Positions 41,401-50,765 of a stretch of DNA of 64,000 nucleotides are shown one piece after another (position 1 is the stretch's first letter; each line of letters opens with the position of its first letter). The position numbers and the translations under genes were made by a program. Source of the DNA: a candidate division FCPU426 bacterium (GTDB lineage Bacteria > Oederibacteriota > PGYV01 > Palsa-1178); NCBI GenBank assembly GCA_963840035.1, contig CAWIXE010000002.1, forward strand, positions 1,376,001 to 1,440,000. The letters run 5' to 3'. The notes beneath the pieces are model-generated. The model was not told where the DNA came from. It saw only the letters and a list, made by a program, of their open reading frames with translations, and searched no databases.

Positions 41401-42564
41401 ATGGAAAAAAATCTCAATTTAAAAAGATTTTTGCTCACAATAGCCCTTTTCATGGCTGCGGCAGTGCTTTCTGACGCTTTCGTGAACATATACCTGTGGC
41501 GCCTTAAGTCAGATTATATCCCCATAACCATATATATGCTCTCCTGCTACGCCACGGTCCCCGTCATTTTTTACCTTTGTGGTTATATCGGCATGCGTAT
41601 AGACAGATCCAGCATATATATAATAGGAATATTCTGCTATGTGGCATTTTACTTCATGGTCCTGCTTTTCAGGGAAAGGATTGCCGAGCAGGTGATACTC
41701 TGGGGATTTGTAAAGGGGCTGGCCATGGGGTTCTTCTGGTTCGGCTACCACATCCTTACTTTCGATTACACAACCGGCAACAGGGACTCATTTTACAGCA
41801 AAACCACCATGATATCCGGCGTCTGCTCCCTGCTGGGGCCTTTGATAGCCGGTTTTATCATCACTTATTTCAAAAACTTCACAGGATACTACATCATATT
41901 CGGCTGCTCGGCAGTGCTCTTCTCCGCAGCCGTCATCCTGTCATTTTCCATGAAATCAAAGCCCATCAGGAAGCCCTATAAGATAGAGGACCTTATTTTT
42001 ACAAAGAACAGGAAATGGCAGAATACCATGTTCGCGTACCTTTTCCTCTCGGGCAGGGACACAATATCCATGTTCCTCATAGGAATCCTTGTTTTTAAGT
42101 CAACAGGAAGCGAGTTCAGCCTCGGCAAATACTCCATGCTGGTGGCAGTGGCTACCATTTCCACATCGTGGCTCCTGGGTAAATTCTCAAGGCCCGATAC
42201 GAGGCGCCATTACGTCCTATCCGGGGCAATCATTTCGTTTGTGATAGCATTCCTGCTGTTATATAAGATCAATATCGTCACGCTCCTCATATACGGCATC
42301 CTCGGCGCTGTCGCAGACTATCTCGTGAGGATTCCCATTTCGGCGCACGCGCTGGATGTCATAAGCCTGGATGCCAATGCCAACGAAAGAAAAATGGAAT
42401 ACATAGTGGCGCGCGACGTGCCTATAGCCGCCGGCAGGATTGTCATGCTGGTTGTGTTCGTTCTCTTCCTGCAATACATGCCGGTTTCCGGAATAAAGGC
42501 AATAATACTGCTTATCTCCATATTCCCCATGGGGGTATATTACTTCCTTTACCGAAGAACATAA
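41401..42564 (+). CDS. MFS transporter (YqgE-like)
   Basis: About 12 TMs; FVNIYLW, GFFW, NRDSF, GPLIAGFII, GSEFSLG. Confidence 0.8.
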   Translation: MEKNLNLKRFLLTIALFMAAAVLSDAFVNIYLWRLKSDYIPITIYMLSCYATVPVIFYLCGYIGMRIDRSSIYIIGIFCYVAFYFMVLLFRERIAEQVILWGFVKGLAMGFFWFGYHILTFDYTTGNRDSFYSKTTMISGVCSLLGPLIAGFIITYFKNFTGYYIIFGCSAVLFSAAVILSFSMKSKPIRKPYKIEDLIFTKNRKWQNTMFAYLFLSGRDTISMFLIGILVFKSTGSEFSLGKYSMLVAVATISTSWLLGKFSRPDTRRHYVLSGAIISFVIAFLLLYKINIVTLLIYGILGAVADYLVRIPISAHALDVISLDANANERKMEYIVARDVPIAAGRIVMLVVFVLFLQYMPVSGIKAIILLISIFPMGVYYFLYRRT

Positions 42565-42588
42565 CAGCACAAAATTTGGCACATAAAT

Positions 42589-42623
42589 AAAAAAAACCGC
42601 GGAATATCACCCGCGGTTTTTTT
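42589..42623. terminator. Bidirectional intrinsic terminator
   Basis: A-run-CCGCGG-AATATCAC-CCGCGG-T-run between convergent genes. Confidence 0.8.
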
Positions 42624-42641
42624 TATTTATGTGAATTATGT

Positions 42642-44022
42642 TTATCTTCCATTACCCTGCTTATTTTCATTATTTTTCATCTCATCCTGGTTCTTTTCAT
42701 TATCACCGGTCTCTTTTGTCTTATTCCTGTCTTTTTGGTTTTCTTTTTCATTTTTTTGTTCATCTTTGCCGTTGTTATTCTTGTCTGAAGAATCAGCGGT
42801 ATTGACCTCCGCTTCAGCTGTAACTGTATTCTTATCCGGTTCCGTATTTAAGTTTTTACCTGAAACAACCGCCTTACCCTTTATTTTCACCCCCTGCTTT
42901 AACTGCCCAAGGTGCTTGCCATTATTGGATTTTTCCTTAACCTGTACTTTATTATCCTTTTCTTCCCCATTTGCCTTTACGGTTTCTACCGCAGTGGCAG
43001 CAGGCACAGGCGGCACCGGTGTAGGAGCTACAGTAGCCTGAACTGCCTCTGCATGCTCACCGTGTCCGTCTTTACCGCGATTTTCACGCTGCGTCGCCTC
43101 CGGTGTAGGCTGCACTTGAGTTGGCGCTAAAGTCGCCTGAACTGACTCCCCGTGTTCGCCACGTCCGTCTTTGCCGTGATTGTCATGCTTGCACAGCCAC
43201 AGGTGTCGGTGGTACAGGAGTTGGAGGTACAGGAGTCGGCGGTACAGGCGTTGGCCTTACCTCGGCGTGTTCATCATTATTCTGCCTGTTTTGTCCGTTT
43301 GCATCATTTCCCTGATATTGGTTATTATTCCCATTCCCTCTGTTATCATTTGGATTCCTGTCATTTCCCTGGGGCCTGGCATATTCCGGGCCATCTTCGG
43401 ATTCTATATATGACCAGTGTTTTTCCCTGGCATAATTAGGCTGGTTTTTTGACTGATAATAAACCTCCACCTTATCCTTGCGGTAATAAGTTTCCTCTTC
43501 CATGCCGCCTTCCGGAAGGAACATTTTCCATGAGCCATTTCTTTTTCCTGAATTATAGTTGCCGTGCACTTTTATCCTTCCGTTCCTGTAATATTCCATG
43601 AAGCTGCCGCTTCTTAAACTATTCTTATAATAGATTTCAGCGGCTGTTATGCCGGGTTCGTAAAAAACCTTAACCAGGCCGTTTATCGGTTTTCCCTGTT
43701 TAACAACGCTTCCGTCAGCTTTAAATATCCATACTGCCATCTGCGCGTTTCTTCCGTCATAAAAATAGTACTTTTCAGTATCCGGAACCAGCGTAATATA
43801 ATTGACCGTCTGAACCGAAACTACATTAACGGGCGGGGCCGCCGCTGTCAGCGAAGTTGTGGAAGCGGTCTGGGATGAAACCGTTGAATAATTCGCAGAA
43901 ATAGAGTTCGCAGAAGAAGCATTTCCCGTATAACCCTCATCAGCCACGTAAAAGACGCAGGATGAAAGCATTAACGAACATAAGGCAAGTGCACTTACCG
44001 CCGCAATTTTTTCTGTCTTCAT
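42642..44022 (-). pseudogene. Lipoprotein with MORN/YwqK-like repeats and Pro-rich low-complexity tail, split by a +1 frameshift near 43189
   Basis: Lipobox LSSC; YYRNGRIK..GNY.SGKRNGSWK; removing one base joins ORFs 43183-44022 and 42642-43115 and restores a duplicated NxGKDGxGEHxExVQATxAPT unit. Confidence 0.75.
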
Positions 44023-44156
44023 TGTTACACCTCCGGAATTTTAGTCACAACATTTTGACGCCACCCGCGTTTAAAAGGATTACATCCATTTTACTATAAA
44101 GTAAGGACTTTTTAAAGGGCATTCTGAATTCCGAATTGTGGATTTCACTAAAAACG

Positions 44157-44191
44157 AAAAAGCCCGGATAGCGTAAGCTATCCGGGCTTTT
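44157..44191 (-). terminator. Intrinsic terminator after rplS
   Basis: AAAAAGCCCGGATAGC-GTAA-GCTATCCGGGCTTTT. Confidence 0.85.
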
Positions 44192-44232
44192 ATAAATAAT
44201 CCAGAATCTAGAATCCAGAATCTATATCTAAA

Positions 44233-44733
44233 TTACTTCTTTTTACTGACCTTGCCCGCTTTTGCCTTCGCTGCAGCGTGCTCGGCTTTTCTTTCTTCCT
44301 TTGACTTCATCCGCTCGTTTTCCACTTCTTCGGCTTCCTTGTTTATCTCTAAGGAATCCGCGTTTAAGCTTTCCGCTCCGAACTTTTTTGCCTCTTTCTT
44401 GGCTTTCCTTCCGAATGAATCCCTTAAATGATAAAGCTTGGATTTCGAGGAATCTCCCTGCTTTACGACCAGTATGGAGTCAATCATCGGTGAGTGGATG
44501 GGAAAAGTCCTTTCCACGCCGATACCGCCTGCGCCGATCTTCCTGACCGTAATCATCGCGTCAAGGCCCGTTCCTTTTCTGGCAATAAGGACTCCTTCAA
44601 AAGCCTGAATCCTCTCCTTGCCGCCTTCGATGATCTTGGTATTGATCTTAAGCGTGCTGCCGATTGCCAGCTTGCCTGTGTCCCTGCCTTTTTTCTTGTA
44701 TAATTTTTCCACTACTTCTTTGATGCTGCTCAT
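44233..44733 (-). CDS. rplS: 50S ribosomal protein L19 with charged C-terminal extension
   Basis: EGGKERIQAFEGVLIARKG, TVRKIG..GIGVERTFPIHSP. Confidence 0.93.
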   Translation of the reverse strand: MSSIKEVVEKLYKKKGRDTGKLAIGSTLKINTKIIEGGKERIQAFEGVLIARKGTGLDAMITVRKIGAGGIGVERTFPIHSPMIDSILVVKQGDSSKSKLYHLRDSFGRKAKKEAKKFGAESLNADSLEINKEAEEVENERMKSKEERKAEHAAAKAKAGKVSKKK

Positions 44734-44734
44734 T

Positions 44735-45481
44735 TCACTTGCTCCTTTCGTTCTTTATTTCTTCTATTAGTTTTTTGTCTTCTTTTGAAAGCTCAATATT
44801 TTCAAGCAGTTCAGGCCGGTTCTTCATGGTCTTTCTTAAGGCCTGCTTCCTGCGCCACTTTTCTATCTGCTTATGGTTGCCTGACATCAGCTCTTCCGGC
44901 ACATTATGCCCCATAAATTCCCTGGGCCTGGTATAGTGCGGATAATCAAGTATGCCGGTGGTAAAAGACTCGTTTTTTGCCGAATCCGCGTTTCCCAGTA
45001 CGCCGGGCAGAAGCCTGATTACAGCCTCTATTATAACCATAGCGCCGAACTCCCCGCCGCTTAAAACGTAATCCCCGATGCAGATTTCTTCCTCTATATA
45101 ATTCTGCACGCGTTCATCCACGCCTTCGTACCTGCCGCATATGAGGACCAGCCGGTCAAGTTCCGAGTACTCTTCAACTTTTTTTTGCGTCAGTTTGGTT
45201 CCTGCCGCGCTCAAAAGAACAACCCTGCTTTTTTTGCCTTCGCTTTCAGTTTTCAGCTTTAAACTTTCAAGTGCCCTGTAAACCGGCTCTATTTTCATTA
45301 CCATGCCTTCGAGCCCGCCGAAAGGCACATCATCGGTGTTTTTGTGTTTATCAAGTGAAAAATCCCTGATATTCACCGCGTTAAAACTTACAACCCCTTT
45401 TTCCTTCGCTATCTTAATCATGGAAAAATCAAGGGCCTTTTCAAAAACTTCCGGAAAAATCGTAAGTATGTCTATTTCCAT
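44735..45481 (-). CDS. trmD: tRNA (guanine37-N1)-methyltransferase
   Basis: ILTIFPE, DDVPFGG..GMVM, CGRYEGVDERV, IGDYVLSGGE, YPHYTRP. Confidence 0.97.
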   Translation of the reverse strand: MEIDILTIFPEVFEKALDFSMIKIAKEKGVVSFNAVNIRDFSLDKHKNTDDVPFGGLEGMVMKIEPVYRALESLKLKTESEGKKSRVVLLSAAGTKLTQKKVEEYSELDRLVLICGRYEGVDERVQNYIEEEICIGDYVLSGGEFGAMVIIEAVIRLLPGVLGNADSAKNESFTTGILDYPHYTRPREFMGHNVPEELMSGNHKQIEKWRRKQALRKTMKNRPELLENIELSKEDKKLIEEIKNERSK

Positions 45482-45484
45482 GTT

Positions 45485-45727
45485 TTACTCTTCGTCTACT
45501 ATCTCAACCGGTATCTTTTTCTTTATTCCTTTATTTATGGAAGCCATGGATATCAGGCTCCTTATCGCCTTAATGGTCTTTCCTTCCCGTCCGATTATGT
45601 TTTTCGTGTCATTCTTCGAGACGCAGACCGTGTATTTTCTCATAGCCGGTTCATCCATCTCCGTGACGCTGACCTTTTCCTTTTCATTTACCAGGAGCCC
45701 GGCCACATAACACAGAAGTTCTTTCAT
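45485..45727 (-). CDS. khpA: KH-domain RNA-binding protein (KhpA/YlqC)
   Basis: IIGREGKTIKAIR GxxG loop; located between rpsP and trmD. Confidence 0.85.
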   Translation of the reverse strand: MKELLCYVAGLLVNEKEKVSVTEMDEPAMRKYTVCVSKNDTKNIIGREGKTIKAIRSLISMASINKGIKKKIPVEIVDEE

Positions 45728-45730
45728 ATC

Positions 45731-46039
45731 TTACTTGCTTGCCTTTTTCTCTTTTTTTACTTTTTTCTTTTTCGGCTTTTTAACTTTAACGGTAGCAACG
45801 ACTCCCTGTAATTTCAATATGGCTTTAATCGTCGGGGAAACCCTGGCTCCTTTGTCAAGCCAGTAAAGCGCCCTGTCATTCTTAAGGTTAATAATTGCCG
45901 GCGTCTTTAACGGATTGTAGTTGCCGAGTTCCTCAATATACAGGCCGCCTTTTGCGGACCTTCTCTCGTCTGCCACGACTATCCTGTAGAAAGCCGCATT
46001 TTCCTTGCCCATTCTTTTTAACCTGATAATTACCGACAC
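45731..46039 (-). CDS. rpsP: 30S ribosomal protein S16 (GTG start)
   Basis: IRLKRMG, FYRIVVADER, IEELGNYNP, YWLDKGA. Confidence 0.96.
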   Translation of the reverse strand: MSVIIRLKRMGKENAAFYRIVVADERRSAKGGLYIEELGNYNPLKTPAIINLKNDRALYWLDKGARVSPTIKAILKLQGVVATVKVKKPKKKKVKKEKKASK

Positions 46040-46125
46040 TGTATTACCTCCTAAAAAATTTTAAATTATATTTTGGTTTAAAATCCTGCAAATCCGCACA
46101 ACTGAAACTCAAACCCATAAAAAAC

Positions 46126-46287
46126 TGGAGCTGATGACCGGAGTCGAACCGGTGACCTACTGATTACGAATCAGTTGCTCTTGGATGCCCTTGCGAGCTT
46201 CAGCGAGCAAATATTAGATCAACGGCCCATCTACTTCTCATCCTGTCAGCCAGTCCTATCGGCTGACACCGGCTGAGCTACATCAGT
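46126..46287 (-). pseudogene. Duplicate tRNA-Thr(CGT) interrupted by an 86-bp insert in the D-loop
   Basis: 46126-46181 identical to the 3' 56 nt of the intact copy; 46268-46287 matches its 5' 20 nt with two changes (including G1>A); insert at 46182-46267. Confidence 0.85.
46182..46267. mobile_element. Small structured insertion element, copy 1
   Basis: Colinear homology with 46569-46653; shared TTGCGAGCTTCAGCGAGCAAATATTA; terminal GTCAG..CTGAC hairpin. Confidence 0.65.
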
Positions 46288-46305
46288 GCTCTGAATTAAA
46301 ATGTA

Positions 46306-46381
<76 letters not shown>

Positions 46382-46434
46382 CCTCAACGGTCATCTATTA
46401 TATACCTTTTTCTTTTTAAAGAACTAAATCTATA

Positions 46435-46510
46435 TGGTGCCGAGAGACGGATTTGAACCGCCGACGCACAGATTTTCAGTCTGTCGCTCTACCGACTGAG
46501 CTATCTCGGC
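46435..46510 (-). tRNA. tRNA-Phe(GAA)
   Basis: 76-nt cloverleaf GCCGAGA...ACAGA-CTGAAAA-TCTGT...TTCAAAT...TCTCGGC-A-CCA. Confidence 0.95.
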
Positions 46511-46557
46511 ACCTATTCGGTATCAGTACATTCGTAGCCAACTATCGCCTTCTAGTC

Positions 46558-46663
46558 CCGACTGAGCTAAGGCGCCATTGCGAGCTTCAGCGAGCAAATA
46601 TTAAATCAATAATCCCTCTACCTCTCGCCTTGTCAGATGCTACTGCATCTGACATCTCGGCAC
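46558..46663 (-). mobile_element. 5' fragment of tRNA-Phe interrupted by copy 2 (46569-46653) of the small structured element
   Basis: Minus strand GT-GCCGAGAT-[85 bp]-AGCTCAGTCGG matches tRNA-Phe nt 1-19. Confidence 0.7.
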
Positions 46664-46749
46664 AACGAGGCAAAAATAATATATAAATATAAACAAAATA
46701 TGGAAAACAGCAAAGCAAAGCAACACCATTTTCCTAAAAACGAATTACA

Positions 46750-46778
46750 AGTATAATAAATATAGGGGTTTATGTCAA
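46750..46778 (-). promoter_or_regulatory. Sigma70-type promoter for the tRNA/rpsP region
   Basis: Minus strand TTGACA-17 nt-TATACT. Confidence 0.65.
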
Positions 46779-46862
46779 CACGAAATTTACTATTATATAG
46801 GTATAACGCATGGTTTTTCTGTGCCTTAAAACCCGCCCATCAGTGTTAAAACAGAGGGTTTT

Positions 46863-47885
46863 TTACCATTTATCCCTGTTTTTTATGGCATTTCTACCGG
46901 TTATCCTGGCTTTAAGGAAAGTATACCCGTATATAAACAGTGTTACCCAGCAAACAAAAGGATGAAATATCCATACCCATTCAGGTTTTCTTATAAATCC
47001 CTTTACAGCCTGCCATATGAGCGGAAATACAAGGACGCAATAAAGGGTAAAAAGTATTATACCCCGGGCAGGAAAACTCGACCACGGATAAGACCGCTGT
47101 TTTTCTTTTGCAAAAAAAAGAAAATCGTTTATCCTGCGGCTTTGTTTTTTTATAAACGATGAAAAATCAGGCGAATATATATGCACTATCCCTGTCTTTA
47201 CCTTTACAAATTTATTTATACCCGTTTTTATTATTTCATATACAACGTCTATGTCAAACATATAGGGGCTGTATCTGGTCCTTTTAACAAGATCTTTTTT
47301 CAGAAAGGTCCCGTTGGCGCCGATAGTAGGGATGGTCTTTTCATCAAGGTTTATAACTATGTTTCCGCCGGATTCTTCCGTTTTCAGTTTCATTCCGGTC
47401 CACTTCCCCGTTATGTAACTGTACTTGTCATAGTTCCCGACAAAAAGGCACAGCGGGTCATTTATGCCGGACATGGCAAAGTACCTTGTAAGCGGCTTAT
47501 CTTGCTTCCTGTACTCAAAGTATAACGGCTCTGTCCCCATAATGTCAGGCATCTCTTCAAACGGCTTCATCATTTTGCTGATATAAGACTTATCATGCAT
47601 AATATTGTCACTGTCAACGAGCCCCACAATCGCGCCTTTGGCATTGTCAATCCCGACGGTTTTTCCGGCTTCGCCTGTCCGCAGCGGATTTGGAAATATC
47701 TTTATATCGAGCCTGTCTTTATACGAATTGATGATTTCAATGGTGTTATCCTTTGATCCGGCATCGGCTATAATAACCTCAAATGAGTCTTTCGGATAAT
47801 CCTGCGCGCAGACAGAATCAAGGCACAGGCCAATTACCCTGCCGGAATTATATGTGGGCGTAATTATCGAAAGATATAATGCCAA
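46863..47885 (-). CDS. GT2 family glycosyltransferase
   Basis: SIITPTYN, DAGSKDNT, VDSD; C-terminal TMs; TTG start. Confidence 0.9.
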   Translation of the reverse strand: MALYLSIITPTYNSGRVIGLCLDSVCAQDYPKDSFEVIIADAGSKDNTIEIINSYKDRLDIKIFPNPLRTGEAGKTVGIDNAKGAIVGLVDSDNIMHDKSYISKMMKPFEEMPDIMGTEPLYFEYRKQDKPLTRYFAMSGINDPLCLFVGNYDKYSYITGKWTGMKLKTEESGGNIVINLDEKTIPTIGANGTFLKKDLVKRTRYSPYMFDIDVVYEIIKTGINKFVKVKTGIVHIYSPDFSSFIKKQSRRINDFLFFAKEKQRSYPWSSFPARGIILFTLYCVLVFPLIWQAVKGFIRKPEWVWIFHPFVCWVTLFIYGYTFLKARITGRNAIKNRDKW

Positions 47886-47903
47886 TTATTCCTCCACAAC
47901 CTT

Positions 47904-49211
47904 TTATTTTGAAGAGATATATTCCCTTGCTGCGCCCGCAATAGCATTCATCACTTCCCTGAACTTTTCCATATCCGGTTCCAGCAATGTCACCCTGAAC
48001 CCGTTCAGATCAGAATTAAAACCGGAAGAGAGCGGGACTATGCATATCCCATTTGAAGCAAGCAGATGATAAACAAACCTTTTATCAAATTTGTCCGTAT
48101 TAAGCAGCGGCTTGATGATATCACCCGCCGCGCTGTTCATGGGTTTTAGCGACTGCCCATCCTTCAGCACTCCGTCTCTAAACAGCACAGTCATATAAAA
48201 AGCGCCGAAAGCCTTGTTGACCTTTAATCCGGCCACACCGGAAAATATATCATACGCTTCCTGCGACTTTTTCCAGTACAAATTGTTCCTCTCAGCAAGG
48301 TACGGGTAATACCTTGGGTCCCCCATTACTTTCGGGAGCACTGCCTGCGGCAGCGTCGTGGAGCACACTTCAAGCATTTTAGCGTCCACAATTGTCTTGG
48401 CATACCTGGCGAATTTGGCGTCCTTATCGGCATTATAAAATTCCACCCAGCCGCATCTCGACCCCGGCCACGGGAACTCCTTTGAAATACCGCGCATGGC
48501 AAGCCCCGGCACATCGCCTATCACAGAAGCAAGTTTTTTATGGACGGCCCCGCCGTAAAAAAGATTGGAGTATATCTCGTCAGAAATCAGGAACAGGTCG
48601 AATTCCTTAGCGATATCGACAACCTTTTTAATCACGTCCTGCGAGTATACCATGCCGGTTGGATTGTCAGGATTGACAATAAGCACAGCACTTATTTCCG
48701 GGTTATTTTTTATTTTGTCGCGCATATCCAAAAGGTCCGGATACCAGTTATTGTCAGGGTTAAGATTATATGTGATATGATGCGACCCGGCGTGCGCGGC
48801 TTCAGCGGATGAATGTGTTGAATATGCGGGATTTGGACCGATAACGCGGGAATTCCTGTTGAGGTAATTATATACCGTGGCTATTGCATCGCCCAACCCG
48901 TTAAAAAAAAGTATATCGTCCGGGGTTATCTGCGCGCCGCCCTCGAGATTTCGTTCTTTTGCTATGTATTCACGCGTGGCAAGCAGCCCCTTTGTGGGCG
49001 AGTATCCATAGCTTGAATTGTCATTTTTTACGGTATCAGCGACAATATCCTTTATCCACTGCGGCACTTTCTCGCCTTTTGCCACCGGATCCCCGATGTT
49101 TTCCCATATTATGGGAACACCTGTTTTTGCTATCTTATTGCCGACCTCGACTATTTCCCGTATCTCATATATCAGTTCATCAGCGCCCGGGTGTATTATG
49201 TTGTTTCTCAT
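47904..49211 (-). CDS. PLP-dependent class I/II aminotransferase (AlaA-like)
   Basis: NIGDP, NPDNPTG, SDEIY, GISKEFPWPGSRCGW. Confidence 0.9.
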   Translation of the reverse strand: MRNNIIHPGADELIYEIREIVEVGNKIAKTGVPIIWENIGDPVAKGEKVPQWIKDIVADTVKNDNSSYGYSPTKGLLATREYIAKERNLEGGAQITPDDILFFNGLGDAIATVYNYLNRNSRVIGPNPAYSTHSSAEAAHAGSHHITYNLNPDNNWYPDLLDMRDKIKNNPEISAVLIVNPDNPTGMVYSQDVIKKVVDIAKEFDLFLISDEIYSNLFYGGAVHKKLASVIGDVPGLAMRGISKEFPWPGSRCGWVEFYNADKDAKFARYAKTIVDAKMLEVCSTTLPQAVLPKVMGDPRYYPYLAERNNLYWKKSQEAYDIFSGVAGLKVNKAFGAFYMTVLFRDGVLKDGQSLKPMNSAAGDIIKPLLNTDKFDKRFVYHLLASNGICIVPLSSGFNSDLNGFRVTLLEPDMEKFREVMNAIAGAAREYISSK

Positions 49212-49266
49212 ACGTTTCTTCCTTTTTGTTTTATTTCAATCCGCAATCCGCATTCCGAATTCCGCA

Positions 49267-50715
49267 TTATTTCTTATCCCTCTTAAAATCAAGTATGTGC
49301 CCCATGACTGCCTGGCCCGCCTTAAACAGGAACGTGAAATCTTCCCATGACCTTATCTGCATTACCTGTCTGGCCATAAACTTCGGGGTCATGAAGGACT
49401 TATAAATATCATCGCATATCTTCATGACATCCGCAGGCTCCATATCCGGAAATTTAAAGACAGGCCTAGTCATGTCAAACTTTTCCCATTCACCCGGATT
49501 GAACCTGAGCCAGTTATTTTCAACCGCCTGTGTATACAGCGGCGTTCCGGGATAAGCTATCACAACTGTTGCCTGCAGCATGTCCGCCAGGCCTTTATCC
49601 AGAAGCTTTTTTGCCATCTCATACGTACGCATGGCGTCATCTCTTGTCTCCCACGGATAACCTACCATGATGGTAAGGTGTACGCCTATGCCCGCGTCCT
49701 TTGCTATTTTGCATCCTTTTTCAATGTCCTCAACTTTTGTACCCTTGCACAGCCTGTCAAGCGTCGCCTGGTTCGCGGATTCCAGACCAAATTTTAACAA
49801 CCTGAATCCGGCCTTTTTCATAAGCGGCGCTATGGATTCATTGATATAGTCAAACCTGAAATTTCCCATAAGCTTCATGTCATAGTTGCGCTCTATCATG
49901 CCGTTACAGAATTTCTTGAGCCACTCCCCGCGCGGAAAAGTTCCTGTGTCGTCAAATATCTCCCTTATGCCATAACGCTTCACCAGCATGTCTATCTCAG
50001 CAAGCAGGCTCTCAGGCGTCCTGGTCCTGAAAGTGGGAAAAAGCGTTGTCCAGGAACAAAAAGTACATTTTGCCCACGGGCAGTCCCTTCCCACCATGGT
50101 ATATGTATAAGGAGAGCGTTTAAAAAATTTCTCGCCGTACAGTTTCCACTTTGTAAGGTCCCTGTCTATAAACGGCAGTATATTAAGGTCATGATCGAGC
50201 TTGAACTTTCCCGTATTTTTAACCTCGCCGTTTTCCCTGTACCATATTCCCGGCTCTAGCGGTTTTTTGCCTTCAATAAATTCAACAATGTTCAGGAGAA
50301 GAAAATCATAATCCCCGCCGGTAAGCGCAAAATCAACTTTAGAGCTTGTCATGGTCTCTGCCGGCATGGCTGTCACATGGTCGCCCATGAGCACTATCCT
50401 GGTTCCCGGCAGGAGCTGTTTTACCTTTTCCACTATCTGCCAGTGCTGTTTTACGACAGGTGTCTTGGTCTCATACGCTATGACATCGGGTTTTTCGGTT
50501 AAAAGGAATTTTTCATACTGTTCCCACGTAAGCCCTTCCGCGATTGAATCGTTGTATATGGAATCATATCCCCTTTCTTTCATCAGCGTGGCGGCTGATG
50601 CCGGCACCATTGGATATATAAATGAAGGGTTTGTAAACCACTGAAATTGCCTGTTCTGGCCGAGCGTGGCTGTTCCATCGCCCACTAAGGGCGGATAAGA
50701 TACCATTACTTTCAT
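49267..50715 (-). CDS. B12-binding domain radical SAM protein
   Basis: N-terminal cobalamin-binding-like domain (LMGDHVT), CPWAKCTFC, FGLESANQ, MVGYPWET, YPGTPLY. Confidence 0.88.
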   Translation of the reverse strand: MKVMVSYPPLVGDGTATLGQNRQFQWFTNPSFIYPMVPASAATLMKERGYDSIYNDSIAEGLTWEQYEKFLLTEKPDVIAYETKTPVVKQHWQIVEKVKQLLPGTRIVLMGDHVTAMPAETMTSSKVDFALTGGDYDFLLLNIVEFIEGKKPLEPGIWYRENGEVKNTGKFKLDHDLNILPFIDRDLTKWKLYGEKFFKRSPYTYTMVGRDCPWAKCTFCSWTTLFPTFRTRTPESLLAEIDMLVKRYGIREIFDDTGTFPRGEWLKKFCNGMIERNYDMKLMGNFRFDYINESIAPLMKKAGFRLLKFGLESANQATLDRLCKGTKVEDIEKGCKIAKDAGIGVHLTIMVGYPWETRDDAMRTYEMAKKLLDKGLADMLQATVVIAYPGTPLYTQAVENNWLRFNPGEWEKFDMTRPVFKFPDMEPADVMKICDDIYKSFMTPKFMARQVMQIRSWEDFTFLFKAGQAVMGHILDFKRDKK

Positions 50716-50765
50716 CAGGTAACTCCTTTAAATTTTTTAAGCCGGAAGTAAAGCCTTTGCGCCGG

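Noticed and set aside
44052..44084. ECF-sigma promoter TGTAAT...CGTCAA upstream of the Pro-rich lipoprotein
   Set aside because: Lacks the AAC -35 core, spacing is atypical, and it is a single instance.
46126..46181. Prophage or island att site from the duplicated tRNA 3' end
   Set aside because: The 5' part of the tRNA is also duplicated, the copies are only about 180 bp apart, and no integrase or cargo is present.
46182..46267. tRNA insert as a group I/II intron, archaeal BHB intron or hammerhead ribozyme
   Set aside because: Too short for group I/II; no clear bulge-helix-bulge at the junctions and no CUGAnGA/GAAA core seen by eye. An Rfam search is still needed.
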